Source of the DNA: a virus | Lineage: Duplodnaviria > Caudoviricetes | IMG/VR virus record: IMGVR_UViG_2595698668_000001 | Location: 128,001-192,000 of that record | DNA: 64,000 bases | Direction: 5' to 3' (one strand) | Shown: positions 49,933 through 59,396 of the stretch, in pieces | Position numbering within the stretch: position 1 is the stretch's first letter | Layout of the letters: each line of letters begins with the position of its first letter | Notes under the pieces: generated by a model | Seen by the model: only the letters and a program-made list of their open reading frames with translations | The model's database searches: none | What the model was told of the DNA's origin: nothing | Program-made: the position numbers and the translations under genes

Positions 49933-50694
49933 TTACTTCATCAACGTTTCGTCCATAAAAGCAAAATCATATCCAAGAAGGAAAGATGTATTCCTGTTTT
50001 GGCTCATTACGGTATTACCGGTTGGATATCCAACACGGTCAGAAATAGCTTGGTAGTAATACCAGTTCTGCCCACCGTCGTTAGTTACCTTACAGTAGTT
50101 TTGATATTTTTCAAATGCATATACAACACGGCGATTCGCACCAAGGTAAACACTATTAATATCCCGACAAATTTTTGATACAGAACCCAAAATCTCATGA
50201 TATTCGTCGTCGCTAGTAACAAAGTTTTCTATATTTGTGACGTTCGAGATGCTAGGGTCATATATAAAGTTTTCATTCATCAAACTAGCCTGAATTACAT
50301 CACTATTGAGGTTGATATAATCCATCTTGTTTTTATGCAACTTCATATCAATAAACTTAAACGACGGAATGAATTTCTCCATGGTAGATATTTGATATGC
50401 GTTTGTTGTGAATGATTCGATTACATCACTAACAACCCAATCAGACGGCTCCAAACCGGGATGAGTTGTAGATATTCTAAATTTATATTTTGTATCTGGG
50501 ATGAGAGATGAACTGAAAAATTCGGGGGAATATTCCACCCCCAATTGTGTCCAACTATCTACCCCAGTACCTGAAACGATGGTGTATTCGACAATATAAA
50601 AATAGTTCGAACCTACATCATCCCATTTTAGGTGAACGAAGTTCGCGCCGAGCATGGCGACGCGAAGACTTGTTATTGTTGGAGCTTTTATCAT
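49933..50694 (-). CDS. gp7: Baseplate wedge initiator, N-terminal portion (frameshift-split)
   Basis: KAP.ITSLR...L.AN.V...WDDVG.N..Y.VE (FN3-like); reading continues in the -1 frame at 49957-49960. Confidence 0.9.
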   Translation of the reverse strand: MIKAPTITSLRVAMLGANFVHLKWDDVGSNYFYIVEYTIVSGTGVDSWTQLGVEYSPEFFSSSLIPDTKYKFRISTTHPGLEPSDWVVSDVIESFTTNAYQISTMEKFIPSFKFIDMKLHKNKMDYINLNSDVIQASLMNENFIYDPSISNVTNIENFVTSDDEYHEILGSVSKICRDINSVYLGANRRVVYAFEKYQNYCKVTNDGGQNWYYYQAISDRVGYPTGNTVMSQNRNTSFLLGYDFAFMDETLMK

Positions 50695-50696
50695 TT

Positions 50697-52652
50697 TTAA
50701 ATTACCACCGAGTTCATTTCAATTGTTGTGTATTGAGGACGTAGGTTATTCTCAAAAACGATCAATGTGCCATCCGACGGGAATATATTAAGTGAAGTTG
50801 GTTCACTATGTAATTCAATATATGCCGCAATAAACTGATCTGGGTCTTTATTGAGAACACCAAGGTCAAATGTGATTTGGTCTATTTCATAATTTATAGA
50901 CCCAACTACATAGTATTTACTGCGCCCATCAATTACTTTCCTGTCAAAGTCGCTTCCGGTATATTCTTGAACACCGGATATATGACCAGCAGCAAAGGGT
51001 CCAACCAACATCAATCCAGTATTTACACTGTGTACACCAGACGGATCAGGAATATCGTTCTTCTTAGTACCAACATAATGAACATCATAACTTGTTGTTG
51101 TGTTATGGATATATTTTATTTCGGTGCTATAGATAGAACCTTCAACTAGGTCGTTATTGTACTGGATACCATTCATAGGACTAACTAGATAGTTGTCGAT
51201 TTCTCGAACAAGTCCAATTTTTGTTTCCGTACCAAGAATAGACACATCAGTATTATCAATACGACTGTTCATTTTTGATGTATAGAAACCAGCATTGAAG
51301 ATTTCAACCTCTTCCGTATAATAACGGTCTATGGAATTCAAGATCTGACCTTGTAACCATTCTTCGGTTTGTGGGAGCTGGTTTATTGCGTAGGTAACCT
51401 TGGCATTGGTTTTCACATACATATAATTTGGACTATGAACAACCGGTGTGATCGTACTAACGTTAAACGGTCTCAGATAGTTTTGGATGTCTTCTTTCTG
51501 AACAGTAGTCAGATATAAACCATCTTGAGGCTTTATCGCAATGAATGCATAACCCGGCTTTTCCGGGTTGGTATAACACTGGATAGCCTGAACAATGTTA
51601 CCGAACCGACTGGATATGAAAGTTTCGTAATCGGAAGCAGTAACACAACGACGCTGTGTCTCTCTCATTACCGGGCCTAGTGAACGAATACGTTCTATAT
51701 CCTCAACTTCACCACCACCAATAGATCCAACATAATTCACATCGTTGATTCCGTCAGGATGAGTTGGGTTTTCTCTGATCTCTTCAACAACCAAGTTAGG
51801 AATTGTATCAACATAATCAAAACCACGAGAACCGTTAGCGGCGGTTCCTTTGGTGCTTATGTATTCCAAAACGATGGTATCACCTACAGAAGGCTTTAAA
51901 CCACCAACGTAGTTACTGCGGAGCATACCGTTAGTATCAACGGTAGAGTCGCCTTCCCCGAAATATATTTCAGTGAAGCTATCAATTGTTTCTCGTTGAT
52001 AAAAAACAGTCGAAGTACCACCAACACGAACAATCGGTTTATTAGACCAGTCTTCCCATTTAGCCCCGTTCACATAAACGTTAACATATCTACGGTCAAT
52101 ATTTGGATCCTGAATTACAATAGTTCCATCCTGACCAAACGTCATTTGGTTTCTGATAATTCTACCCTGAACTAAGTTAAGATCGGTAATGTATCGTTTA
52201 TCTATACCACGTATTACCTCAACATCTTCCCAAGTGACATAATCATAAAATTCAACTTCTTCAATAGAAGCGGTAAATTTAGTACCCTTCGGAATTGTAA
52301 TAGAACGAGGACTACTATCAATCGGGCTATAATACGCTTGGATCTGTATCATATTAGTACTAGCACTCATACCCCAAGGCATATACCCATTGTCTTGTGC
52401 GTGTTGAACCACAGAAGAACGAAGGCGGGCTGTTTGGTTATACCCTTCAAATAAAGCCCCGTTTGCAAATTGCTGATGATACAGCATAGCATAAGCCATC
52501 GATTCAATTAGAACAGTCAATCTTGACCCTTCAAAATCATAATCTTTAAATTCATATTGGTTTTTAAAGAAATCCCGCAATCTGGTTTTGAAACCTTCAA
52601 AGGTACTCTCTTTGAATACGTTGGGGATTTCAACTGAGTTAATATTAGCCAT
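50697..52652 (-). CDS. gp6: Baseplate wedge subunit
   Basis: F.DYDFEGSRL.VL, TA.LRSSVVQ.AQD.GY, GGG..EDIERIR, QRRCVTA.DY. Confidence 0.96.
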   Translation of the reverse strand: MANINSVEIPNVFKESTFEGFKTRLRDFFKNQYEFKDYDFEGSRLTVLIESMAYAMLYHQQFANGALFEGYNQTARLRSSVVQHAQDNGYMPWGMSASTNMIQIQAYYSPIDSSPRSITIPKGTKFTASIEEVEFYDYVTWEDVEVIRGIDKRYITDLNLVQGRIIRNQMTFGQDGTIVIQDPNIDRRYVNVYVNGAKWEDWSNKPIVRVGGTSTVFYQRETIDSFTEIYFGEGDSTVDTNGMLRSNYVGGLKPSVGDTIVLEYISTKGTAANGSRGFDYVDTIPNLVVEEIRENPTHPDGINDVNYVGSIGGGEVEDIERIRSLGPVMRETQRRCVTASDYETFISSRFGNIVQAIQCYTNPEKPGYAFIAIKPQDGLYLTTVQKEDIQNYLRPFNVSTITPVVHSPNYMYVKTNAKVTYAINQLPQTEEWLQGQILNSIDRYYTEEVEIFNAGFYTSKMNSRIDNTDVSILGTETKIGLVREIDNYLVSPMNGIQYNNDLVEGSIYSTEIKYIHNTTTSYDVHYVGTKKNDIPDPSGVHSVNTGLMLVGPFAAGHISGVQEYTGSDFDRKVIDGRSKYYVVGSINYEIDQITFDLGVLNKDPDQFIAAYIELHSEPTSLNIFPSDGTLIVFENNLRPQYTTIEMNSVVI

Positions 52653-53073
52653 TTGATAGTTCCATTTTTAGTTCAACAACAGTTGATAAATTTGTGATAA
52701 GAGAATAATAAATAGAAACTATATATTCGTTTCTGTCGTATAAAGGAACGACTTGTACCTGCCTCAATTTTACACGAGGTTCATAGTTTCTTATTGCATC
52801 ATATATACTTCGTTCAACTGCACTAGTTGACGCATCATTCATTAATTCAAATAGTTCCGCACTGATATCACAGCCAAAATCAGGATCAAACGGTTTTTCT
52901 CGCTTCCTAGTTGCTATAATACCAGCCATTGACAATTGCACCGCACCGATATTCTGTGTCATAAGAACATCGTTTGTCTTTATATCACGACGAAAATTAG
53001 GGTCTATATCTGTATAATAGACAGTCTTCTCGTTGGTGATAATTTTTAATCTGTTTCCAAAAAATCCAGCCAT
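52645..53073 (-). CDS. gp25: Baseplate wedge subunit
   Basis: Y.DID..F, AV..S...I..TRK.E.PFDP.FGC.I...LFE, AI.NYEPR. Confidence 0.93.
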   Translation of the reverse strand: MAGFFGNRLKIITNEKTVYYTDIDPNFRRDIKTNDVLMTQNIGAVQLSMAGIIATRKREKPFDPDFGCDISAELFELMNDASTSAVERSIYDAIRNYEPRVKLRQVQVVPLYDRNEYIVSIYYSLITNLSTVVELKMELSNG

Positions 53074-53081
53074 AATAAACC

Positions 53082-53384
53082 TCAAACAACAAATACATTA
53101 GATGAACATTCCACAATAACTTCCCCTTCTGTACAAAGATCTGCTAATTGTGCAACCCGTTTCCCCTCGATGAATACTTTCGCACTACTGGCGATAACAA
53201 GCCCAGACTTCGGACTCGGATCATCACCGGGTTTTATGTGAGTAACCACCCTATCATCTTCTCTAACTAGAATTTGTTTTCCGTTAGCAAATACCGTGGT
53301 TGTGGTTCCAATAACCTGACTTGGTAACCAAGGCCCCGGTCCAACAGTTTTTGCTCCATTTAATACTAAACCTGCCATTTTCAT
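53082..53384 (-). CDS. gp5.4: PAAR-like spike tip protein
   Basis: Three VF.nG-type repeats (VFANG, VFIEG, NVFV); ~98 aa; downstream of gp5/gp5.1. Confidence 0.85.
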   Translation of the reverse strand: MKMAGLVLNGAKTVGPGPWLPSQVIGTTTTVFANGKQILVREDDRVVTHIKPGDDPSPKSGLVIASSAKVFIEGKRVAQLADLCTEGEVIVECSSNVFVV

Positions 53385-53893
53385 ATCCCCAATTTTGGAA
53401 AAGGCCCAGATGAAGATACATACGCCCTAAATTTTGCAACCCAACCATCAAAAGAACCTATGATAGTCATATTTATAGAATCACTAACTGTTTTTCTAAC
53501 TGGTAGTACAGGATCTGTAATATCGTCATAAACCAACGTCTGTGTATAAGCAACAACCTTTTTTAATTCGCTTGGTGGATTAAATGCTACGAGGTCACAA
53601 GTAGTTGGTTCTGGTAAAGAAGCGAACGAATTTGTTTGTGATATATGTAGAGATGTTCTATCTCTATACTTTAGAACCAAATCTACTTTTCCATCAAAAT
53701 AGTCATTGACTTTCCCATGTAACCTGTTACCATCAAGAAAAATCCCGTCTGGTGCTAGGTCTTCTGACGGAACTACCGCAAAACTCACAAGTTGTTCAGA
53801 TGCGGTTAGTGTATAGCTAAACAAGCTATCCACGGAAGTTTCCCCATCAAAAATGGTTGATTTCCAGTTGGTAGGTGTGTTAATTTGCGCCAT
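53381..53893 (-). CDS. gp5.1: gp5.1-like baseplate-region protein
   Basis: I..GE.SV...F, LKYR......SF..LP....DL..F.PP; start MAQINT after GGAGG SD and CCTAAATA (53916-53923). Confidence 0.75.
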   Translation of the reverse strand: MAQINTPTNWKSTIFDGETSVDSLFSYTLTASEQLVSFAVVPSEDLAPDGIFLDGNRLHGKVNDYFDGKVDLVLKYRDRTSLHISQTNSFASLPEPTTCDLVAFNPPSELKKVVAYTQTLVYDDITDPVLPVRKTVSDSINMTIIGSFDGWVAKFRAYVSSSGPFPKLGI

Positions 53894-53951
53894 ATAAAAA
53901 TCCTCCATTATGGAGTATTTAGGGTTGTTCATATAAAATAGAGGGTATAGT

Positions 53952-54320
53952 ATGCTAATGTGCAATAAATTCAAATTCAAAAACGAAGAAGCAATGGAAA
54001 AATTTATACGGCTTGGAAAAAAAGATGACAACGAAGAAAACAATCGTATCATAGCGGAAACACTCGGTATGGATATCTTTTTTGTCGATGAAAAACAGGC
54101 AGATGAAATCTATAAAATAGAAGGATATGAAAATCTAAATGAATTCAGCCCAATCTTTACTTCGAAAGAGATGAAAGAATGCCTTATGATAGCCGAATCA
54201 GATGATGAGGAATCGTATGAACCTCCGAAGGTAAACAAAACCAAAAATGATTTATTGGTTTTGCGTAAAGAACTGATGAAGCAAGTACATCGAATTGATG
54301 AAATGTTGGAATCTCTATAA
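53952..54320 (+). CDS. Hypothetical protein (KFKFKxEE module + short coiled coil)
   Basis: ORF antisense to the structural block; paralogous N-terminus with 7916..8536. Confidence 0.72.
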   Translation: MLMCNKFKFKNEEAMEKFIRLGKKDDNEENNRIIAETLGMDIFFVDEKQADEIYKIEGYENLNEFSPIFTSKEMKECLMIAESDDEESYEPPKVNKTKNDLLVLRKELMKQVHRIDEMLESL

Positions 54321-54332
54321 GGGGAAATAAAT

Positions 54333-54608
54333 ATGAAACTAATTTATGTAGGAACTAATTTTGCTGGTTTTAAAGAAAATCAGGTTCATAATTTTCGAGT
54401 TCGTCGAGAACTAAAAAACTTTATCGAAAAGAACTTTGATAAAGTGGAAGATGAAGAACTTCTGATGGAAGTAAAGATGAAAGAAACCATTTATTGGGAT
54501 TTCTGTCCATATGAACTTGATGTAGGTAGTGGCACTCTATCTTTTGTGTGGGGACTTGAAAAAGAAGCACTCCAAGAATATATCAAACAAAGCGCCGACG
54601 ACATCTAA
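54333..54608 (+). CDS. Hypothetical protein
   Basis: SD AAGGGG; ends at bidirectional terminator. Confidence 0.72.
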   Translation: MKLIYVGTNFAGFKENQVHNFRVRRELKNFIEKNFDKVEDEELLMEVKMKETIYWDFCPYELDVGSGTLSFVWGLEKEALQEYIKQSADDI

Positions 54609-54611
54609 AAC

Positions 54612-54640
54612 AAAAGGGATCCCGATGTGGGATCCCTTTT
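54612..54640. terminator. Bidirectional terminator
   Basis: AAAAGGGATCCC-GATGT-GGGATCCCTTTT. Confidence 0.88.
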
Positions 54641-54642
54641 CG

Positions 54643-56481
54643 TTAGTTAATACTAACAGTAGAACCACTAATCTCGGTCGTACCTTGAGAGGTAATAAGA
54701 GATTGAGCAGCTTGCGATTTATAGCTACCAGATACAGTTACTGTATAATCACCCAAAACGTTAAGATTCATATCACCCTCAACATTCTGATTGCAGTTAC
54801 CTTGAACTGTTGCAGTTAGATTCCCTTCTATGTCACTAACAACATCACCGCCTACAGATAGGGTCACATCGGCGTCTATACGCGATTCTAAGCCACCGTT
54901 AACAGTTTGCTTAACGTTCCCCTTCACCGACTGTTCAACGTTGCCATAGACCGATTCAGACACATTTCCTTTGACAACCTGAGTCAAGTTTCCATCAACT
55001 TGCTGGGTACAGTTTCCCATAACGTATACGGTCGCGTTACCTTCAACAACTACCTGATAATCACCCTTTACGTTGATCATCCTGTTTGCCATATCGATAA
55101 CATAGTCGTCACCCATAACTTTGTTTACTTGACGACCACCACCAGAGATCTCAATATAGGTTCCTGATGTATGTTTCAGGTTATATCGTTCTTTCCCCGG
55201 AGTATCGTCAAATTCCTGAATGTGACCACTCTCCGATTCATATACATGGTTATATGGGTATTCAGCAGCATATGCGCTTGGTGGTTCTTCGAAAAGAAGA
55301 CCATCGGTGCGAGGCGGTGGCGGAACGGACGGATCATCTGGGTCGATTTCATCAGCAAAAACAACCGGAGAGGACAATGCCATAATAGAACGCTTCATTC
55401 TTCCTGATATTGGGGGAATGGGTGGTTCCTCTGGTTTTGGTTTGACACCGTAAGACTCTAGGTTTCCGGTTAAAATAATCTTGGCGACACGATTCGCTCT
55501 CCCCGGAGTTTGTCTAGCCCAAAGAGAGTCAAGCATACCATTATATGCATCCCGCCAACGTTCTTCATACATAGCGTTTAGCGTATTTTTGAATTTTGCT
55601 AATCCGCCAGCTCCCATCTGAAACGCCATATTTTCTAAAGCCATTTGACGACTTCTATTTTCCTTGACGTAGACACGACGTATATTTTCGAATCTCATCA
55701 TATCGGCACGAGTCTTTTGAATGTCCTCGTTAAACAGCTTTGTAACGTCTTCTGGGGAGATTACACCACCTTGCACAGGATGACCTAACTGTTGAGTTAG
55801 AATCGCATCTATACGGGCTACGTTTCGTGTATTCTCATGTATGATTAAATGACCAATACCTATGGTTGGATATCCAAGGGAATCAAGATACCATTTGTTC
55901 CTAACCCCTTCATCACCCTTCAACATTTTTTCAATTGTGAAATCCGGATCATCATCTGCGATTGCATCTTCAAATGATTTGTCATCAGGGGCTAATGCAC
56001 CAGAAGTATTTTCATCCTGAGTATAAACCGATAACGGCTTCCCATCAATAGAAACTGGTGCCGTTCCATGGATTCCATCCCCTTTTTGTCCACCACCGGC
56101 TAATATATTAACGTCATTACCAATATAACGAGGATATTGACCGGTTGGGTCACAGAAACCCCGCAGAGTATTTGGTTTCTGGACATAGGATCCGGGTATA
56201 GAAAAAAGTATTAAACCATCCTGTTTAAACTCATCCTTGAAAACCCCCATAACCCATACACCCTCTACTAGGTTTGTTGGGCTATTTCCTACACCAGATA
56301 TAGAGGCTGAATCCGTTGATGTGGCACAACGCATCCAAAGAAGTTCATCAGTAGGTATACCAATTAAATCATCTTTTGATTTTTGATCTGTGTGGTATCC
56401 CATCACACGAACTCTATATCTCCCTTGACTAAGAGGATCAAACCGATCCTCTACAACTCCAAAAAAGAATTCAAATTTCAT
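54643..56481 (-). CDS. gp5: Baseplate hub subunit and tail lysozyme (central spike)
   Basis: OB fold (GVVEDR.DPL..GR.RVRV.G.H), lysozyme ML..DEG...Y.D..GYPTIGIGH (E/D/T triad), QTP.RA, YPY.H..E.ESGHIQEFDDTPG, VxGxxxxx beta-helix repeats. Confidence 0.97.
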   Translation of the reverse strand: MKFEFFFGVVEDRFDPLSQGRYRVRVMGYHTDQKSKDDLIGIPTDELLWMRCATSTDSASISGVGNSPTNLVEGVWVMGVFKDEFKQDGLILFSIPGSYVQKPNTLRGFCDPTGQYPRYIGNDVNILAGGGQKGDGIHGTAPVSIDGKPLSVYTQDENTSGALAPDDKSFEDAIADDDPDFTIEKMLKGDEGVRNKWYLDSLGYPTIGIGHLIIHENTRNVARIDAILTQQLGHPVQGGVISPEDVTKLFNEDIQKTRADMMRFENIRRVYVKENRSRQMALENMAFQMGAGGLAKFKNTLNAMYEERWRDAYNGMLDSLWARQTPGRANRVAKIILTGNLESYGVKPKPEEPPIPPISGRMKRSIMALSSPVVFADEIDPDDPSVPPPPRTDGLLFEEPPSAYAAEYPYNHVYESESGHIQEFDDTPGKERYNLKHTSGTYIEISGGGRQVNKVMGDDYVIDMANRMINVKGDYQVVVEGNATVYVMGNCTQQVDGNLTQVVKGNVSESVYGNVEQSVKGNVKQTVNGGLESRIDADVTLSVGGDVVSDIEGNLTATVQGNCNQNVEGDMNLNVLGDYTVTVSGSYKSQAAQSLITSQGTTEISGSTVSIN

Positions 56482-57716
56482 TGTATATCCTTCCCTCTAG
56501 TATCGGAATCAGATATCAATTCTAAGTTCATGATATAAGAGCCCTGTGTACAGACATGATTTATTGAGTTGATAAGCCAGCGTCCTGCATCTTTTGATGT
56601 CATTTCACCATTCATATCACCCGCAATAATATTTACCACTTGACCACAACTCAGGTCCGAATTACCGGCAACTTGGATAAGCATTCTTTTTGCGTTTAGT
56701 GATGTTCGGTTTGTTGCTCTTATACCAAGAGAGTTACCATTAGAACCCATATTGATATACTTATACATCTGATCTTCTGTTGTGAAATAAACACAAGCAT
56801 TTCTTTCTGGTTTTATATCACCACCAAACCATGGCTCTGGGTTTAGTGTTGGATATACATCTTTTACAGACGTATAATCCTGATAACTATTTGTATAAAG
56901 CTTTTTATCCAAAGACATCGAATGAACGTTAACGCCAAGACCACCATTCCTATATTGTTCTGGTATGTTGTATCCCTTAACACGCTGCATCTTGATTATC
57001 TTGTTATACATTGTCGTGTCGTGGGTTGCTTCAAATATCAGATCGACTACAGGGTCTCCAACCATCATTGATGTACCAGTTCTGAATTTGGCTCCATCTA
57101 CATCCTCATAAAAATAGAAATTACTATCACCCTTTGAATTAACATCTGATGATTGTGCAGAAGAAGCCAAGAAATTAATAACTGATATCGGTGTTAAATT
57201 TGGAATTACAATATCCCGGTTATAAAGCGTTGGTTCAACAAATATAGTTTCATCAGTGAATCCAATCACCCGGAGCATATCAGAAACTATTGCATGAATG
57301 GATGTCCCTTTATAGCTTTTACTGATCCGACTGTATTCATTCTTATGGTCTTGTTCGGATACAAGATGAAGCCTTACAAACTTTTGGGTTTGTGTATTTG
57401 GGTTTGTAATATCTTCATAACGAGTAACCTTGAATATTTTAGAATACGTTTTTGCATCAGTTCCGTTTAAATGGACAGACCTAAAACTTATTTGTACCTT
57501 CTCATCACCTCTTGGATTAATTGAGTTTATTAAATTCATGAAATCAACAAATTCAAGGGTGCCTTTCAGCAACCCTTGACTAATCCCTTCATATATGGAG
57601 AAGGATTTGAATATATCAGTTATATCAAACCCTTCACTATCCAAGCTTTGAAAGAAAACAATACGCTCAATGGTAAAGTTTTCATACGCCGCCGTACTGC
57701 GTCTACTTATTCCCAC
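56478..57716 (-). CDS. Baseplate hub protein (gp27-like)
   Basis: SIYE....L.G.L...D, F.FYED..G..F, V.GN..L..G..V, G.WLI..I.H hub-fold motifs; immediately upstream of gp5. Confidence 0.7.
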   Translation of the reverse strand: MGISRRSTAAYENFTIERIVFFQSLDSEGFDITDIFKSFSIYEGISQGLLKGTLEFVDFMNLINSINPRGDEKVQISFRSVHLNGTDAKTYSKIFKVTRYEDITNPNTQTQKFVRLHLVSEQDHKNEYSRISKSYKGTSIHAIVSDMLRVIGFTDETIFVEPTLYNRDIVIPNLTPISVINFLASSAQSSDVNSKGDSNFYFYEDVDGAKFRTGTSMMVGDPVVDLIFEATHDTTMYNKIIKMQRVKGYNIPEQYRNGGLGVNVHSMSLDKKLYTNSYQDYTSVKDVYPTLNPEPWFGGDIKPERNACVYFTTEDQMYKYINMGSNGNSLGIRATNRTSLNAKRMLIQVAGNSDLSCGQVVNIIAGDMNGEMTSKDAGRWLINSINHVCTQGSYIMNLELISDSDTRGKDIQ

Positions 57717-58269
57717 GGATACGCTCCATTAATCTTGTATATTCATCCATAAACCTACCCAGATCAGACGGATTTAAAACGTTTATGGTTCTCTTGGATT
57801 CGTTGGTTGCTAATTCATGTTCTATAGCAGTAACAGGGACTAAAGTCCCGGTATGCTGTTTATATAGATGAGCGGTATCCCCTTCATCATACCAAACACC
57901 AGAACCAACAGGATATTCTTTCATACGAAAATACATCTCACCATTTTCATCAATATGATATAAAACAGTTCCCTCTTTTGCTGGAAGGTTTTTATATTTT
58001 TGTGCTGTATATTGATGAACTATTTCTTCCTCACATATCCAATCATAAAAAGGATCGTATACTTGGTTAAGAAATAGTAGGATCCAATAATATTTCGTAT
58101 CCCCATATAAATCATAGGAAACAACTTCTGGTCTGGGAGAACCAGATACGATATATTTTCTTACAATGAATTTGCTCAAAATATCATCAAAATAGTTACC
58201 ATGTGGACGAAATATATCAGCAGTTGGTGCCCCATTATATTTTATAGGGGGGAAATAGTTAAATAACAT
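57703..58269 (-). CDS. gp53: Baseplate wedge subunit (LysM-like)
   Basis: MLF.YF.PI.Y...DIFR, G.PRPE.....LYG...YYW..L..N..YDP.Y.W, E.E...NE.KR.I. Confidence 0.93.
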   Translation of the reverse strand: MLFNYFPPIKYNGAPTADIFRPHGNYFDDILSKFIVRKYIVSGSPRPEVVSYDLYGDTKYYWILLFLNQVYDPFYDWICEEEIVHQYTAQKYKNLPAKEGTVLYHIDENGEMYFRMKEYPVGSGVWYDEGDTAHLYKQHTGTLVPVTAIEHELATNESKRTINVLNPSDLGRFMDEYTRLMERIRGNK

Positions 58270-59327
58270 TATCTCTTACCTCCATACGATCCGAAGAAGA
58301 ATTCACCAGAATCGGGATTACCCAAATCTGATGTAAGAGCTTCCCAGTAATCGCGATAAACCGGACGAAGTTCTGTAACAGTGATTTCTAGATCTATTGC
58401 AACAGAATCAGCAGCCGTTGACGCGAATGTATCATATATTTGGTCTGGGGTTTTGTTGATCCGGATATTACTAATACCGGCTGGACCCATTGCAAATTTA
58501 GGTGTAAATCTAATCTTCTGTTCTTGACTTTGACTTACCCTTTCCTCGATAAACCATAGAGGGGGAACTTCTAGATAAGTATACCCTTCCCCAGCTCCGA
58601 GTTCTGAATCCGTACCAATTCCAAGAGAAGCAAGATCTACAGCCCCTTTGTTTTCAGCAGCACTAAGAACCATAAAAGTTTTGATTATTTGCCCAACCTC
58701 TTTTAATTCTGCCATAGATCTTGGTCGGAATTGAAATATAAATGTTTGGGAACGTACACCAGTACCACGATACATTTGAGCGGCTCGGTCACCAAGCAAA
58801 TTACCAGTCACCTGAGAATTATATCGTTGTGCAATACCACCAGTAGAGACAATGACCTTTTGAGCCATTGCGTTTACAACGGCTTTGCCGCCGTTTGCAA
58901 TACTATCCAATGTACCATCTCTTTCTGATGCGTTAGCTTGATAGTTCATAACTATATCTTGAAGGAATCCACCATCATTATCTTCATAATTATGACTAAT
59001 GTTTTCGTTCATGTTTGGCATATATAACTGAATAACTGCTAGGGTTTCTTCGTTGAATTTACCCTTAACAGACCTCATAGAACGTTCGTGGATATCACTA
59101 TTTTTAAGCCCCCCATTTGTTGGTTTTACGGCATAGAAAACTAGATAAGAAGAGTGTTTGTTGTCACTACCCTTCATGGTTAATGGGTACTGCAAAGCCT
59201 TTATACCGGGTTTCTTAGAGTTTTTATTTTCTATAATAAGATCTGTTCCCTCTGACTTAGTGTCAGTGAGTGGGTTGAAACTACCACCGGTAGCTCGGTT
59301 AACCCCATTGAGAATATTAACTTTCAT
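58269..59327 (-). CDS. gp48: Baseplate tail tube cap
   Basis: LQYP, I.LYMP....ISHNY, MY.G...R...F.F...PR...E, FAMGP..I.NIR..KTPD, LEIT..E. Confidence 0.8.
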   Translation of the reverse strand: MKVNILNGVNRATGGSFNPLTDTKSEGTDLIIENKNSKKPGIKALQYPLTMKGSDNKHSSYLVFYAVKPTNGGLKNSDIHERSMRSVKGKFNEETLAVIQLYMPNMNENISHNYEDNDGGFLQDIVMNYQANASERDGTLDSIANGGKAVVNAMAQKVIVSTGGIAQRYNSQVTGNLLGDRAAQMYRGTGVRSQTFIFQFRPRSMAELKEVGQIIKTFMVLSAAENKGAVDLASLGIGTDSELGAGEGYTYLEVPPLWFIEERVSQSQEQKIRFTPKFAMGPAGISNIRINKTPDQIYDTFASTAADSVAIDLEITVTELRPVYRDYWEALTSDLGNPDSGEFFFGSYGGKR

Positions 59328-59352
59328 TTTTAAACCTCATGTTGTTTACTTG

Positions 59353-59375
59353 TATTTAGGGGCAAACCCTAAATA
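59353..59375. promoter_or_regulatory. Palindromic pair of divergent late promoters (gp48 / gp4)
   Basis: TATTTAGGG-GCAAA-CCCTAAATA. Confidence 0.8.
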
Positions 59376-59396
59376 AAACAAATAGGAGAATTTATT

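Noticed and set aside
53894-54052. N-terminal extension of gp5.1 in the ORF track
   Set aside because: Overlaps the opposite-strand gene; SD GGAGG and late promoter support the start at 53893
54700-55110. 24-bp periodic repeats resembling an array
   Set aside because: They encode the VxGxxxxx beta-helix repeats of gp5; not CRISPR or non-coding
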